Assembly: GCA_015062345.1 (NCBI GenBank)
Contig: SUUV01000005.1
Location: 5,175 to 69,174, forward strand
Direction of reading: 5' to 3'
From: Alphaproteobacteria bacterium
GTDB taxonomy: Bacteria > Pseudomonadota > Alphaproteobacteria > RF32 > CAG-239
Length of the DNA: 64,000 bases
Each line of letters begins with the position of its first letter. Within the stretch, counting starts at the first letter, position 1. Positions 1 to 9,870 of the stretch are shown here, one piece after another. The position numbers and the translations under genes are program-made. The notes beneath the pieces were generated by a model. That model was given only the letters and a program-made list of their open reading frames with translations. It ran no database searches and was not told the origin of the DNA.

Positions 1-843
1 TTGGGAAGATACACCAGAACACTGCCTCCGGGGCTTCACATTTTGATACCGATAGTTGAAAAAATCGGGGCTAAGGTCAGTCGTATGGAGCAGGTTTTAG
101 ATGTGCCGTCACAAGATGTTATCACTAAAGACAATGCAATGGTCAGAGTTGACGGTGTTTTGTTTTATCAGGTACAAAAAACATCGTATGCAACCTATCA
201 GGTAAGTGATTTAACTTATGCTATTTTAAATTTGATTATGACCAACATCAGAACGGTTATCGGCTCTATGGAGATTGATGAACTTCTTTCACAAAGAGAT
301 GACATCAATCGCAGACTTTTATCGGTTGTTGATGAAGCAACCATTCCATGGGGTGTTAAGGTTACTCGTGTTGAAATTAAAGACATTACACCGCCGGCAG
401 ATTTGGTTGATTCCATGGCTCGTCAGATGAAAGCCGAACGCGATAAACGCGCCAATATTTTAGAGGCCGAAGGTATCAGACAATCGGAAATTTTAAAAGC
501 TGAAGGTGAAAAACAAGCCGCAATTTTAGCAGCCGAAGCGCAAAAGCAATCGGCCATTTTGGCAGCCGAAGCTCAAAAAGAAGCTGCTTTTAGAGAAGCT
601 GAGGCCAGAGAGCGTTTGGCTCATGCCGAGGCTCAGGCAACCAAGATGGTATCGGAAGCTATCAAAGAAGGCAATCCGCAAGCTCTTAACTACTTTTTGG
701 GCCAAAAATATATTGAAGCATTGCAAGGCATTGTAACATCTCCTAACCAAAAACTTTTAATGCTTCCGACCGATACAACCAATGTATCCGGTGCATTGGC
801 AGGTATCGCCGAGATTGCAAAAGAAGTTATGGATAAAAAATAA
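1..843 (+). CDS. SPFH/band-7 (stomatin-like, QmcA/YbbK-type) protein, 5'-truncated by the window edge
   Basis: The ORF runs from the window start to a stop at 843. It has a band-7 core followed by an Ala/Glu/Gln-rich coiled-coil tail (AEAQKQSAILAAEAQKEAA), typical of stomatin-family proteins. It is followed by an NfeD-like gene, the usual partner. Confidence 0.75.
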   Translation: MGRYTRTLPPGLHILIPIVEKIGAKVSRMEQVLDVPSQDVITKDNAMVRVDGVLFYQVQKTSYATYQVSDLTYAILNLIMTNIRTVIGSMEIDELLSQRDDINRRLLSVVDEATIPWGVKVTRVEIKDITPPADLVDSMARQMKAERDKRANILEAEGIRQSEILKAEGEKQAAILAAEAQKQSAILAAEAQKEAAFREAEARERLAHAEAQATKMVSEAIKEGNPQALNYFLGQKYIEALQGIVTSPNQKLLMLPTDTTNVSGALAGIAEIAKEVMDKK

Positions 844-857
844 GAGTTTGAGAGGAT

Positions 858-1334
858 ATGATGGAGCTTTTTAACTGGATTACGGAGCTTGATTATTTAG
901 CTTGGTTTACAATCGGACTTATTTTTGCCATATCCGAGTTGTTTGTTCCGGGAGTATATTTGTTATGGTTCGGACTTGCCTCGTTTACGATGGGTATTTT
1001 AGTTCATTTTATGACATTTACCCCCATTGAAACCTGTGTTATATTTGCGCTTTTGGGTGCTCTTTATTCTGCTTTGGGGTGGTGGACTTATGCCAAAGTT
1101 TTGAAAAAAACATCGGGTAATAACAAATATTTAAACGATATGGCCGGTGCTCACATCGGCAAGGTCTATAACCTAAGTCAAGATGTTGTTGACGGTAGAG
1201 CCAAAGCCAAGGTCGGTGATTCGTTTTGGCTTATTCAAACCGAAAACGATGATTTGAAAAAAGGTGACAAAGTTAAAGTTATCGGAGTTGAAGACGGGGT
1301 AATCTTAAAGGTTGAAAAATATGAAAAAAAATAA
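858..1334 (+). CDS. NfeD-like (YbbJ-type) membrane protein, partner of the stomatin gene
   Basis: 158 aa, with two N-terminal TM helices and a C-terminal OB-fold-like segment (GKVYNLSQDVVDGRAKAKVGDSFW...VIGVEDGVILKVE). It lies immediately downstream of the SPFH gene. Confidence 0.65.
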   Translation: MMELFNWITELDYLAWFTIGLIFAISELFVPGVYLLWFGLASFTMGILVHFMTFTPIETCVIFALLGALYSALGWWTYAKVLKKTSGNNKYLNDMAGAHIGKVYNLSQDVVDGRAKAKVGDSFWLIQTENDDLKKGDKVKVIGVEDGVILKVEKYEKK

Positions 1335-1872
1335 AATTTTATATACATTTATAGCCATATTTTTTGCCATTGATGCTTTATTGGGCTGGTGGGTTGCTTC
1401 GTATTATTTCCCAAAATTTGCCTTACCTGAAGACCAATCGACAATCGTGGACCGAATTGTGGTGGAAAAAGCCATCCGAAAAATGACTTTATTGGCAAAA
1501 AACAAGGTTGTAGCGGTGTATGATATCGGTTTAGGTTTTAATCCGATTGGTGACAAAGTGGAACAGGGCGACGGAAGAACTCCGGAGGGCAGGTATGCAA
1601 TTGCGGCAAAAAATCATAAGAGCAAATATCATTTATCGCTTAAAATTTCGTATCCGGACAAGCAAGATATTTTAACTGCCCGAAAAAAACAGCTTAATCC
1701 CGGAGGTGATATTATGATTCACGGTTATCCCAATGCCATGCCGGTTTGGCTTGGCGATTTGATGCTTAAAGGCAAAGACTGGACGCAAGGTTGCATTGCC
1801 GTAACCAATGAGGAAATCGAAAAAATTTGGAGTTATACCCGCATCGGAACAATCATTGATATTTTGCCTTAA
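1312..1872 (+). CDS. L,D-transpeptidase (YkuD/ErfK catalytic domain) protein
   Basis: Signal/TM N-terminus. It carries a motif resembling the L,D-transpeptidase active-site region (IMIHGYPN...DWTQGCIAVTNEEIEKIW), with a Cys I read as catalytic. Confidence 0.7.
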   Translation: MKNMKKNKILYTFIAIFFAIDALLGWWVASYYFPKFALPEDQSTIVDRIVVEKAIRKMTLLAKNKVVAVYDIGLGFNPIGDKVEQGDGRTPEGRYAIAAKNHKSKYHLSLKISYPDKQDILTARKKQLNPGGDIMIHGYPNAMPVWLGDLMLKGKDWTQGCIAVTNEEIEKIWSYTRIGTIIDILP

Positions 1873-1956
1873 AAAAATAGACCATTTGCTAATTGAATTT
1901 TAACAATATTACTGTAATATAATCCAAACTGTGTTTTAAAATTTTAAGGTGTTAAT

Positions 1957-3279
1957 ATGAAAATTAAAAATTTGATAGTTGCTATTTTGTGTTTGTTGAC
2001 AACTCCGGCTTATGCTGAACTTGAAATTGATGTTGTCGGCGCCACAAGAGAACCCATGCCGGTTGCATTTCCTGCAATGATAGATAATACCACAAGTCGT
2101 CAGTGGTTTGGTACATATGCTAGTAAAATCAGAGATGTTATTGTGGCTGATTTGGATAGGAGCGGATTGTTTCGCATTATTGATGAAAACAGCTATATTG
2201 AAGATTTGACTTCAATTAATCAAAAGCCTACATTTACTGACTGGCAGGCCATAAATTCGCATGCGCTTGTTCAAAGTTCGGTAAATGAAAATACGGACGG
2301 CAAACTTAAGGTTGAATTTAGGCTTTGGGATATTGTTTCCGGGGCACAACTGCATGGTCAATCATATACAACATCTAAAGATAATTGGCGCCGCATTGCT
2401 CATGTAATTGCCGATGATATTTATGAGCGCTTAACCGGTGAAAAAGGCTATTTTGATACTCGTGTGGTTTATATTTCTGAAAGCGGACCTGCTACAAAAA
2501 GAGTTAAACGATTGGCGATTATGGATCAAGACGGTGAAAACCACAAGTTTTTAACATCAGGTGCTGCCATGGCTCTCACTCCGAGATTTTCGCCAAACTT
2601 ACAAAAAGTAACTTATTTATCGTTTTCGGGAACAGCTCCGAAAGTTTATGTGATGGATGTTGAAACCGGTAAACAAGAACTTTTGGGAAATTTTCCGGGT
2701 ATGACCTTTGCTCCTGTGTTTTCCCCCGATAGCTCAAAGATTTTGTTATCATTTGCGGCAAACGGAAACACCGAAATTTATGAGATGGATTTGAAAAGAA
2801 AAAGCAGTCGTCAGTTGACCAAACATCCGGCAATTGACACATCTCCGAGCTATTCTCCGGACGGTAAAAAAATTGTGTTTAACTCTGACAGAGGTGGAAA
2901 CCAACAATTGTATATTATGAATGCAGATGGCTCAAATGTTGAACGCATCAGTTTCGGTAAAGGCCGTTATGCCACTCCGGTTTGGTCACCCAGAGGTGAT
3001 TATATTGCATTTACAAAAATGGCCGGCGGACAGTTTTATATCGGGGTTATGCATCCGGACGGAACAGGCGAGAGATTGCTTGCAAGCGGATATTTGGTTG
3101 AGGGACCGACTTGGTCACCAAACGGTCGTGTGTTGATGTACTTTAAACAAGGACAAGGAACAAGATTAAAAAATGCGCCCGTTCATTTGTATACCATTGA
3201 TGTCAGCGGATATAACGAGCGCCGAGTTGTAACACCGGCTGAAGCCTCAGACCCTGCTTGGTCTCCTTTGTTACCGTAA
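1957..3279 (+). CDS. tolB: Tol-Pal system periplasmic protein TolB
   Basis: 440 aa with a signal peptide, a TolB N-terminal domain and C-terminal beta-propeller repeats. Repeated SP(D/N)G(K/R) motifs occur ([36 protein letters not shown]). Confidence 0.85.
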   Translation: MKIKNLIVAILCLLTTPAYAELEIDVVGATREPMPVAFPAMIDNTTSRQWFGTYASKIRDVIVADLDRSGLFRIIDENSYIEDLTSINQKPTFTDWQAINSHALVQSSVNENTDGKLKVEFRLWDIVSGAQLHGQSYTTSKDNWRRIAHVIADDIYERLTGEKGYFDTRVVYISESGPATKRVKRLAIMDQDGENHKFLTSGAAMALTPRFSPNLQKVTYLSFSGTAPKVYVMDVETGKQELLGNFPGMTFAPVFSPDSSKILLSFAANGNTEIYEMDLKRKSSRQLTKHPAIDTSPSYSPDGKKIVFNSDRGGNQQLYIMNADGSNVERISFGKGRYATPVWSPRGDYIAFTKMAGGQFYIGVMHPDGTGERLLASGYLVEGPTWSPNGRVLMYFKQGQGTRLKNAPVHLYTIDVSGYNERRVVTPAEASDPAWSPLLP

Positions 3280-3284
3280 TCGGT

Positions 3285-3317
3285 TAGGGCTCTGTATTAA
3301 CAGAGCCCTAAAATTTA
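3285..3317 (+). terminator. Rho-independent terminator after tolB
   Basis: Hairpin agggctctgt-attaa-cagagccct followed by aaaattt; it sits between convergent genes. Confidence 0.5.
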
Positions 3318-3353
3318 TATCTACTTTCTCTTAGTAAGATTGATTTGTAGAAA

Positions 3354-3833
3354 TTAGTAAGTTACGGTTAAACTAATTGTTGTATCGAGTGTTGCTGTCG
3401 GAAAATTGGCAGGTATATGCAAATCCGCCCATATATAACCGTCAGAGTTTATACTGATATTATCAATATAAGCATATTCCTCATCGGAATTACCGGTAAG
3501 AAAATAAAATTTTCCACTTTGATCATCCATTCCTTCTGTTCTTCCCCATCCGACAATGTTTACTCCATCTTCACTTGATATACCGGAACAATATCCTGCA
3601 CTTCCACCAAATACACTTATAATATCACCACTTGGAGTGAAATCAGATGCACTTAATACTGATTCGGCATTATTTTTTTTAAGATAAATTGTACCAAAAT
3701 CCAAAGGAGAACAAGTAATTTGATTTACATGTTCTATTTTTGCATATACTTCGGCAGTTAGCGATGCGTTATCAGCATTTGCGGTGCCTGAAATCATCAA
3801 AGCAACAGCGCTTAAAAGAAAATATTTTCTCAT
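3354..3833 (-). CDS. Secreted SCPU-domain (Csu/archaic pilin-like) family protein, paralog 1
   Basis: Signal peptide MRKYFLLSAVALMISGTANA. Mature N-terminal motif A.V.A.I......CSPLDFGTIYLKK and C-terminal LHIPANFP...TISLTVTY, matching the SCPU pattern (Cys...FG.Y near the N-terminus; IPA...G.Y....T.TVTY at the C-terminus). One of 7 paralogs in the window. Confidence 0.6.
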   Translation of the reverse strand: MRKYFLLSAVALMISGTANADNASLTAEVYAKIEHVNQITCSPLDFGTIYLKKNNAESVLSASDFTPSGDIISVFGGSAGYCSGISSEDGVNIVGWGRTEGMDDQSGKFYFLTGNSDEEYAYIDNISINSDGYIWADLHIPANFPTATLDTTISLTVTY

Positions 3834-3966
3834 ATGTTTTAATCCTTAAAAATAGTTAAACTTAATTTGAAAGGCAAAAATTTACCTTACAATACGCATC
3901 ATAAACCGTTTTTTTTTTGCAAGTAAAAAGAGTCGTTTAAAGAATTTAAATCAAATTTGAGGTAAA
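3834..3966 (-). promoter_or_regulatory. Conserved family promoter/leader cassette (copy A) with T10 homopolymer (3909-3918)
   Basis: Near-identical to cassettes at 9733-9866, 44814-44953, 45863-45993 and 57547-57694. On the gene strand it reads TTGCAA-(A)n-CGGTT-TATGAT...AAGGA-ATG. The tract is 10 here and 12 in the other four copies. Confidence 0.6.
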
Positions 3967-4045
3967 AAATCATTTGTAAAAAACTTGCTTTTTTAAATCA
4001 ATGTGGTATAGAAAAATAAATTAAAATTTGCTTTAAGGAATTTAT

Positions 4046-6310
4046 ATGAAACAAGAACTCTTGGCGCCGGCAGGTGATATTGAAGCCGGATATGCGGCTC
4101 TGTATTATGGTGCAGATGCGGTTTATTTGGGCTTGCAAAAATTTTCGGCTCGTGCAACTGCTACAAACTTTGATGAACATAATTTAAATCAGTTTACGGC
4201 CTATGCACATCATTTGGGGCGAAAAGTATATGCCGCAATCAATACGGTTGTACAAGAAGATGAACTGCCTGATTTATTAAAAATATTAGATGTTTGTTCA
4301 AAATGCAACATAGATGCGGTTATATTGCAAGATTTGGGCGTGGCCCGTGTCATTAAACAATCGTATCCCGAACTTGAGTTGCACGCCAGTACACAAATGG
4401 CTGTTCATAACAAAGAAGGTGCGTTGTTTTTACAAAGTGTGGGCTTTTCCAGAGTTGTTTTGGCTCGTGAACTGACTTTGCCCGAAATTAAAGAAATCGC
4501 CTCAATTGAAGGTCTGGAAACCGAAGCCTTTATTCATGGTGCGTTGTGCTATTCTTATAGCGGATTATGTCAGTTTTCGGCTCTTGAAATCGGACGCAGT
4601 GCCAACAGGGGAAAATGTTTGTACCCTTGCAGAGCATGTTTTGAAAAAAACGGCATCAACAAACATTTCTTTTCAATGAAAGATATGGCTCTCGGTATTG
4701 ATGTCTTAAAAATGCCGGTTACTTCGCTTAAAATTGAAGGTCGTAAAAAAAGCGCACTTTATGTTGCCGCCGTAACCGATTATTACAGGCATATTTTAGA
4801 CGGCAAGGGGGCAGATTATCAAAAAGAAGAACGCATTAAACAAATTTTTTCTCGTCCGTGGTGTAAGTTTCATTTTAACGGAAAATCAAAAGATATTATC
4901 GACAGAGAGTTTGTCGGACACAGAGGATTAAAAATCGGTAAAATCGGCCGAATTTCAAAACAAGGCATTGAGATAAAGCTAAATCATAAAATCGGTCGGT
5001 TTGACGGTTTGCAAATTGATGTCAAAGGCAATGAAAAACCTTTCGGGTTTTCGATACAGAACATTAAACTGAACTCTAAAAATGTTTTTGAGGCCGCAAC
5101 CGGTGATGTCGTTCAAATCGAACTGCCGAAAAAATATCCAAATCTTGAAAAAGGGCTTGATGTATATCTGGCCTCATCAACCGAAGTTAAGGCATCTTAT
5201 CCGTATAAAAAGCCGAAACAAAATGAGTTTATCAATGGTATCAATCTTGATGTAAAGGTTGAGGTTTATCAAGATAACATATTGGCAAAATGTGATAATT
5301 TTGTTTCAAGTGTTGGCGGAAGCTTTGATAAGGCGCAAGATTTATCAAAAGTAACCTTGGCTTTTAAACAAGCATTTGAGAAAACCGGCGGAACTGAATT
5401 TTCATTAAAATCCATAAGTGTAGAAAACTCAGGTAGACTTTTTGTGCCTGTATCAAAAATCAATGAACTGAGGCGAGATTTATACTCTAAAATTGTGCCT
5501 TGCCACAAAAAGGGAACATTACCGACAATCAGCAAAAAAGAAAATGCCGGCTTTAAGGGGTGGATAATTAAAACCGATGATATAAAATGTTTAGAACAAT
5601 TAAATTTGGCCGATTTTGCAGAAATTGTTTATTTGATAAATCCAAAATCTGATGTTTCCGAACTTAAAAAATTGCCCAAAAACAAAGTGCGTATTGCTTT
5701 ACCTGAAGTTTGCCGTAAACCGAAAGTTTTTGAGCCGATTATAAATTCGCTCATCGAGTGCGGATATAAAAAATGGGAAATCGGCAATTATTGGGGGTTT
5801 AGTGCTTTGCCGACCGAAAAACTTGATATTTCGCTTTCATCATCTGTGTATATGCTAAACTCACAAGCTGTTGAACATGCAAAAGAAATGAAAGTTAAAA
5901 GAGTTTGTTTTTCCATTGAAGATACTTTAAGTAATATTAATCTGTTAAATGAAAAAATTTCCTTAACATCTTGTTTTATCGTATATCAAGATGCACCGCT
6001 GTTTATCAGTGCAGGTTGTATCAGAGATTATGATTGTAAAAACTGCAAAGGCGGGGTTGAAATTGCAGAGCTTAAAAAAGATGGCAGAATATATACGGCC
6101 ATATCCCAAAATTGTCAGTTAATGATGTTTAATGACAAGCCGTTATGTTTTGCTGATGAAGCAAAAAATGTTAAGGCAGATTTTTATCGTATGGACTTTT
6201 GCCATAAAAAATATGATGCGTTTAGGGTAAAACAAATTGCCGATAAGTTGATGAATTTTACAGATATTAACGGTTGTGTAAAAGCCAATATTAACAGTCA
6301 AAAAATTTGA
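4046..6310 (+). CDS. U32 family peptidase (long form with C-terminal extension)
   Basis: 754 aa. N-terminal region typical of U32 peptidases (LLAPAGD...AGADAVYLG...; conserved E..H..C.SYSG.C motif EAFIHGALCYSYSGLC). Confidence 0.75.
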   Translation: MKQELLAPAGDIEAGYAALYYGADAVYLGLQKFSARATATNFDEHNLNQFTAYAHHLGRKVYAAINTVVQEDELPDLLKILDVCSKCNIDAVILQDLGVARVIKQSYPELELHASTQMAVHNKEGALFLQSVGFSRVVLARELTLPEIKEIASIEGLETEAFIHGALCYSYSGLCQFSALEIGRSANRGKCLYPCRACFEKNGINKHFFSMKDMALGIDVLKMPVTSLKIEGRKKSALYVAAVTDYYRHILDGKGADYQKEERIKQIFSRPWCKFHFNGKSKDIIDREFVGHRGLKIGKIGRISKQGIEIKLNHKIGRFDGLQIDVKGNEKPFGFSIQNIKLNSKNVFEAATGDVVQIELPKKYPNLEKGLDVYLASSTEVKASYPYKKPKQNEFINGINLDVKVEVYQDNILAKCDNFVSSVGGSFDKAQDLSKVTLAFKQAFEKTGGTEFSLKSISVENSGRLFVPVSKINELRRDLYSKIVPCHKKGTLPTISKKENAGFKGWIIKTDDIKCLEQLNLADFAEIVYLINPKSDVSELKKLPKNKVRIALPEVCRKPKVFEPIINSLIECGYKKWEIGNYWGFSALPTEKLDISLSSSVYMLNSQAVEHAKEMKVKRVCFSIEDTLSNINLLNEKISLTSCFIVYQDAPLFISAGCIRDYDCKNCKGGVEIAELKKDGRIYTAISQNCQLMMFNDKPLCFADEAKNVKADFYRMDFCHKKYDAFRVKQIADKLMNFTDINGCVKANINSQKI

Positions 6311-6383
6311 TAAAAAGCTTGATATAAAAAAATAAAAGTATAATATGAAACCAATTTTGTAACATTAAAAAAGAAGAGAAAAA

Positions 6384-7124
6384 ATGAAAGAAGAAAAGAA
6401 AAAAGAAACTTTTGGTGAAACCATTAAAACAGTTTTTTTTGCAGTATTGATTGCGGTTGTTATCAGAAGTTTGTTGATTGAGCCGTTCAGAATTCCGTCA
6501 GGGTCCATGTACCCGACTTTGGAAGTGGGAGATTATTTGTTTGTTACCAAATACACATACGGCTACTCAAAACACTCATTTCCGGCAAGTTTGATGCCGA
6601 TTAAGGGCAGAATTTGGGTCTCGGAACCCAAACGCGGTGATATTGTGGTGTTTAAGTTTCCGGTTGATAACAAAACTGATTTTATCAAAAGAGTTGTGGG
6701 GCTTCCCGGTGATACCGTTGAGGTAAGACGAGGAGTTTTATATATAAACGACAAACCGGTTGAGCGAGAAAAAATCGGTGAATATACACTTGATGAGTTT
6801 GTTGTGCGTCCCGAAACATATACCGAATATGAGGAAACTTTGCCCAACGGCGTAAAACACCGCATATTAGAAATTTCGGATTTTGAGCGAAAAGTTGATA
6901 ATACTACAAAAGTTACCGTACCGGAGGGGCACTATTTTGTGATGGGTGACAATCGTGACCGCTCTGATGACAGCAGAGTTAGTGTCGGTTTTGTACCGCT
7001 TGAAAATTTGGTCGGCAAAGCCAGATTTTTGTTCTATTCGCATAACGACAAAGGAGCTTGGTACAAGCCTTGGACTTGGCCGAAGATGGTTCGCTGGTCC
7101 AAAATTTTTGATACATTAAAATAG
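6384..7124 (+). CDS. lepB: Signal peptidase I
   Basis: TM anchor, catalytic Ser box (IPSGSMYPTL), KRVVGLPGDTV and GDNRDRSDDSR motifs. Conserved position upstream of rnc-era. Confidence 0.9.
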   Translation: MKEEKKKETFGETIKTVFFAVLIAVVIRSLLIEPFRIPSGSMYPTLEVGDYLFVTKYTYGYSKHSFPASLMPIKGRIWVSEPKRGDIVVFKFPVDNKTDFIKRVVGLPGDTVEVRRGVLYINDKPVEREKIGEYTLDEFVVRPETYTEYEETLPNGVKHRILEISDFERKVDNTTKVTVPEGHYFVMGDNRDRSDDSRVSVGFVPLENLVGKARFLFYSHNDKGAWYKPWTWPKMVRWSKIFDTLK

Positions 7125-7134
7125 GGCTTAAAAA

Positions 7135-7800
7135 ATGGATAAACTGGAGCAAATTTTAGGCTATCGTTTCAAAAACAAAGCACTTTTAAGGCAAGCGCTT
7201 ACTCATAGCAGTATCACCGGTAATGTGGCAAAAAACTACGAAAGACTTGAGTTTGTCGGTGACAGAGTTTTGGGTATGGCTATGGCGCATTTGCTGTATA
7301 AAATTTTTGATAAAGATGCGGAAGGCTGTTTATCACCGAGACACACTCGTTTGGTCAGGAAAGAAACGGTTGCCGAAGTTGCCTTAAAATTAGGGCTCAA
7401 CGAATATATATCGGCCGAGCCCAAAGAACTTTGCTTTAATGAAAATGTGCTTTGCGATGTAGCCGAAGCCATAATCGGAGCCATTTGTATGGACAGCAAT
7501 TTTGAAACCGCCATAGAATTTGTTGACAGACATTGGAAATATTTGATTAATTCTTCTCAAAGCCCGCTTAAAGATAATAAAACAGCCTTGCAAGAACTTG
7601 CTCATCGCCACAAAGCCGGCAATCCGACTTATGAGACAATCAGAAAAGAGGGAACGGAACACGAACCGTACTTTTTTGTTAAAGTTGTGGTCTCCGAGCT
7701 GGGTGAGGCGGTAGGAAGCGGTAAAAACAAAAAACTTGCCGAACAAGATGCCGCATTGAGAATGATTAAAAAATTGGAAGGTGAATATGCAAAAAAATAA
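7135..7800 (+). CDS. rnc: Ribonuclease III
   Basis: RNase III signature ERLEFVGDRVLG, plus a C-terminal dsRBD (GSGKNKKLAEQDAA). Confidence 0.9.
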   Translation: MDKLEQILGYRFKNKALLRQALTHSSITGNVAKNYERLEFVGDRVLGMAMAHLLYKIFDKDAEGCLSPRHTRLVRKETVAEVALKLGLNEYISAEPKELCFNENVLCDVAEAIIGAICMDSNFETAIEFVDRHWKYLINSSQSPLKDNKTALQELAHRHKAGNPTYETIRKEGTEHEPYFFVKVVVSELGEAVGSGKNKKLAEQDAALRMIKKLEGEYAKK

Positions 7801-8692
7801 ACCTTCAAGAGCCGGATTTGTCAGTCTTATCGGTGCACCCAATGCCGGAAAATCTACCATAACCAACAATTTTGTCGGGTCTAAGGTTTCAATTGTGTCA
7901 CCAAAGGCACAAACCACCAGAACAATTGTCAAAGGTATCGGCATTTATGATAACACACAAATTGTGTTTTTGGACACACCGGGGGTATTTAAGCCCAAGC
8001 GCAGGTTTGACCGAGCTATGGTAGCATCGGCTTGGAGCGGTGTCAATGATGCCGATATTGTAGTTTTGGTTGTTGATGCCAAAAGAGGTTTTGATGATGA
8101 AACCAAAGCGATTGTAAACAAGCTTAACAAAAACAAAATTGAAGCGGTGTTGGTCTTAAATAAGGTAGATTTAATTCAAAAAGAAAAACTGCTTGGCTTA
8201 AGTGCCGAAATTAATCAATCCGGAAATTTTGTTGAAACTTTTATGGTGTCGGCTTTAACGGGACAAAACATTGAAGATTTTTATCAATATCTGGGAGATA
8301 ATTTACCTGAAAGTCCTTGGTATTATCCTGAGGACCAAATATCTGATATGCCGTTAAAACTTTTAACCGCCGAAGTGGTAAGAGAAAAGTTGTTCTTATA
8401 CTTAAGACAAGAATTGCCGTATTCCATTACCGTTGAGCCGGAATTGTGGGAAAGAAGAGAAGACAATTCGGTCAGAGCCGAGATGACAATTTATGTTGAA
8501 AGAGACAGCCAAAAAATTATTGTTTTGGGAAAAGGCGGCTCTATGATTAAAAAAATCGGGCAATCGGCAAGGCATGAATTGGAAGAAATGCTCGAGGACA
8601 GAATACATCTGTTTTTGTTTGTCAAAGTGCGTGAAAATTGGAGCGAAGACCCCGCACGATATGCCGATTGGGGGTTAAATTTTAATAGCTGA
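7781..8692 (+). CDS. era: GTPase Era
   Basis: G1 motif GAPNAGKST, G3 DTPG, NKVD, and a C-terminal KH domain. Overlaps the rnc stop by 20 nt, consistent with the lepB-rnc-era operon. Confidence 0.9.
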   Translation: MNMQKNKPSRAGFVSLIGAPNAGKSTITNNFVGSKVSIVSPKAQTTRTIVKGIGIYDNTQIVFLDTPGVFKPKRRFDRAMVASAWSGVNDADIVVLVVDAKRGFDDETKAIVNKLNKNKIEAVLVLNKVDLIQKEKLLGLSAEINQSGNFVETFMVSALTGQNIEDFYQYLGDNLPESPWYYPEDQISDMPLKLLTAEVVREKLFLYLRQELPYSITVEPELWERREDNSVRAEMTIYVERDSQKIIVLGKGGSMIKKIGQSARHELEEMLEDRIHLFLFVKVRENWSEDPARYADWGLNFNS

Positions 8693-8699
8693 TATGAAA

Positions 8700-8732
8700 A
8701 CCCCCAAGGCCTGATAACAAGCCTTGGGGTAA
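8700..8732. terminator. Bidirectional hairpin terminator between era (+) and an SCPU gene (-)
   Basis: cccaaggc-ctgataacaa-gccttggg. On the minus strand it is followed by GGGGGTTTTCAT. Confidence 0.5.
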
Positions 8733-8752
8733 ACCTTAAAAACATTTAACTC

Positions 8753-9223
8753 TTAGTAAGTAAATGTGATATATGCTGTTCCGTATAAAGCAGAGCCGCT
8801 GCTTATGACAGCATCAGGAGTGATGTTAAGTGAGCCGGTTAATTTTCCGTCAGCATATTTTATGTTGTCAACATAAACACTGTCACCACCTCCTAATTTG
8901 ATTACACTATCAGCATTAAAAGTGGTACCTTCTGGGATATCAGAACAGGTTGACGGAGTTGCAGTCGTTCCATCAAAAACCAACTCATAAGCACCGGCGG
9001 TATCCATTGTAACTGTGCCATTGCTGTTCATTGTGGCGGTCATAGTGCCGGTGTTCTCGGTTTTTTTAACATATAATTTGCCAAATACGAGGCTTGTGCA
9101 ACTAACTTCGGTCGGCAGAATAAATCTGCCTTTGGCAGAGAACTCAGCCGCGGCTTTAGTTGCGGCATTTGCGGTATTTGTTGCCAAGAGGGCTACACAA
9201 GATAAAATAAAATATTTTTTCAT
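8753..9223 (-). CDS. Secreted SCPU-domain family protein, paralog 2 (second gene of a tandem pair)
   Basis: Signal peptide MKKYFILSCVALLATNTANA. Motifs CTSLVFGKLYVKK and C-terminal AYITFTY. It lies 24 nt downstream of paralog 3 with no separate cassette, so it is probably co-transcribed. Confidence 0.55.
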   Translation of the reverse strand: MKKYFILSCVALLATNTANAATKAAAEFSAKGRFILPTEVSCTSLVFGKLYVKKTENTGTMTATMNSNGTVTMDTAGAYELVFDGTTATPSTCSDIPEGTTFNADSVIKLGGGDSVYVDNIKYADGKLTGSLNITPDAVISSGSALYGTAYITFTY

Positions 9224-9246
9224 CAGTTTATCCTTTCATATCTTAA

Positions 9247-9732
9247 TTATTCATAGGTAAATTGCACAACAGCAGTACCTGTTAATTCAGAGCCGTCTAA
9301 GACAGTATCATCACCATCATAATAGATGCTAAGTTTTCCGGTTAATTTACCGTCGGCATATTTTATGCTATTAACAAAAATTTTTTCTGCCTCATCGAGA
9401 TAAATCTTGTTATCATCACCAACTGTAAAAGTAGCACCATCAGGTAAACCTGTACAAGTTCCCGGAGTGCCTTGACCATCAAATAGCAAGGAATACTTAC
9501 TAGGCGAGGTGTTTGTAATTGTGCCGTTCACGTCCATCATAAAATAGGAAACACCAGAATAAGTACTATCAGTCATTCCAAAATACAAAGTACCAAAATC
9601 GATAGGCGTGCATTCAATAATGGTTGGTTCAATGATGGTAGCAGAAGCTTTAAGGTTGCTTGTTCCATCGGTGGCATTGGCTGTGGAGGCAGCCATCAAA
9701 GCCACAGCGCTCAAAAGAAAATATTTTCTCAT
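9247..9732 (-). CDS. Secreted SCPU-domain family protein, paralog 3
   Basis: MRKYFLLSAVALMAASTANA signal; CTPIDFGTLYFG; IKYADGKLTGKL; C-terminal AVVQFTYE. Confidence 0.6.
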   Translation of the reverse strand: MRKYFLLSAVALMAASTANATDGTSNLKASATIIEPTIIECTPIDFGTLYFGMTDSTYSGVSYFMMDVNGTITNTSPSKYSLLFDGQGTPGTCTGLPDGATFTVGDDNKIYLDEAEKIFVNSIKYADGKLTGKLSIYYDGDDTVLDGSELTGTAVVQFTYE

Positions 9733-9866
9733 ATGTTTTAATCCTTAAAAAAAGTTAAACTTAATTTGAAAGGTGCAAAAATTTACCTTTCACATCACAT
9801 CATAAACCGTTTTTTTTTTTTGCAAGTAAAAAGAGTCGTTTAAAGAATTTAAATCAAATTTGAGGT
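9733..9866 (-). promoter_or_regulatory. Conserved family promoter/leader cassette (copy B) with T12 homopolymer (9810-9821)
   Basis: Same cassette as copy A; the tract is 12 nt. Confidence 0.6.
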
Positions 9867-9870
9867 AGAG

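Noticed and set aside
3909-3918. Treating the T10 versus T12 difference as a sequencing error in a homopolymer
   Set aside because: I cannot exclude this from the sequence. It is kept as a finding because four independent copies agree on 12 and one shows 10, which is what slipped-strand variation would produce. Read-level data would be needed to decide.
7390-7944. 184-aa ORF on the minus strand spanning the rnc/era junction
   Set aside because: It is entirely antisense to two strongly supported housekeeping genes, has no RBS and shows low-complexity frame-shadow composition. It is a spurious ORF.
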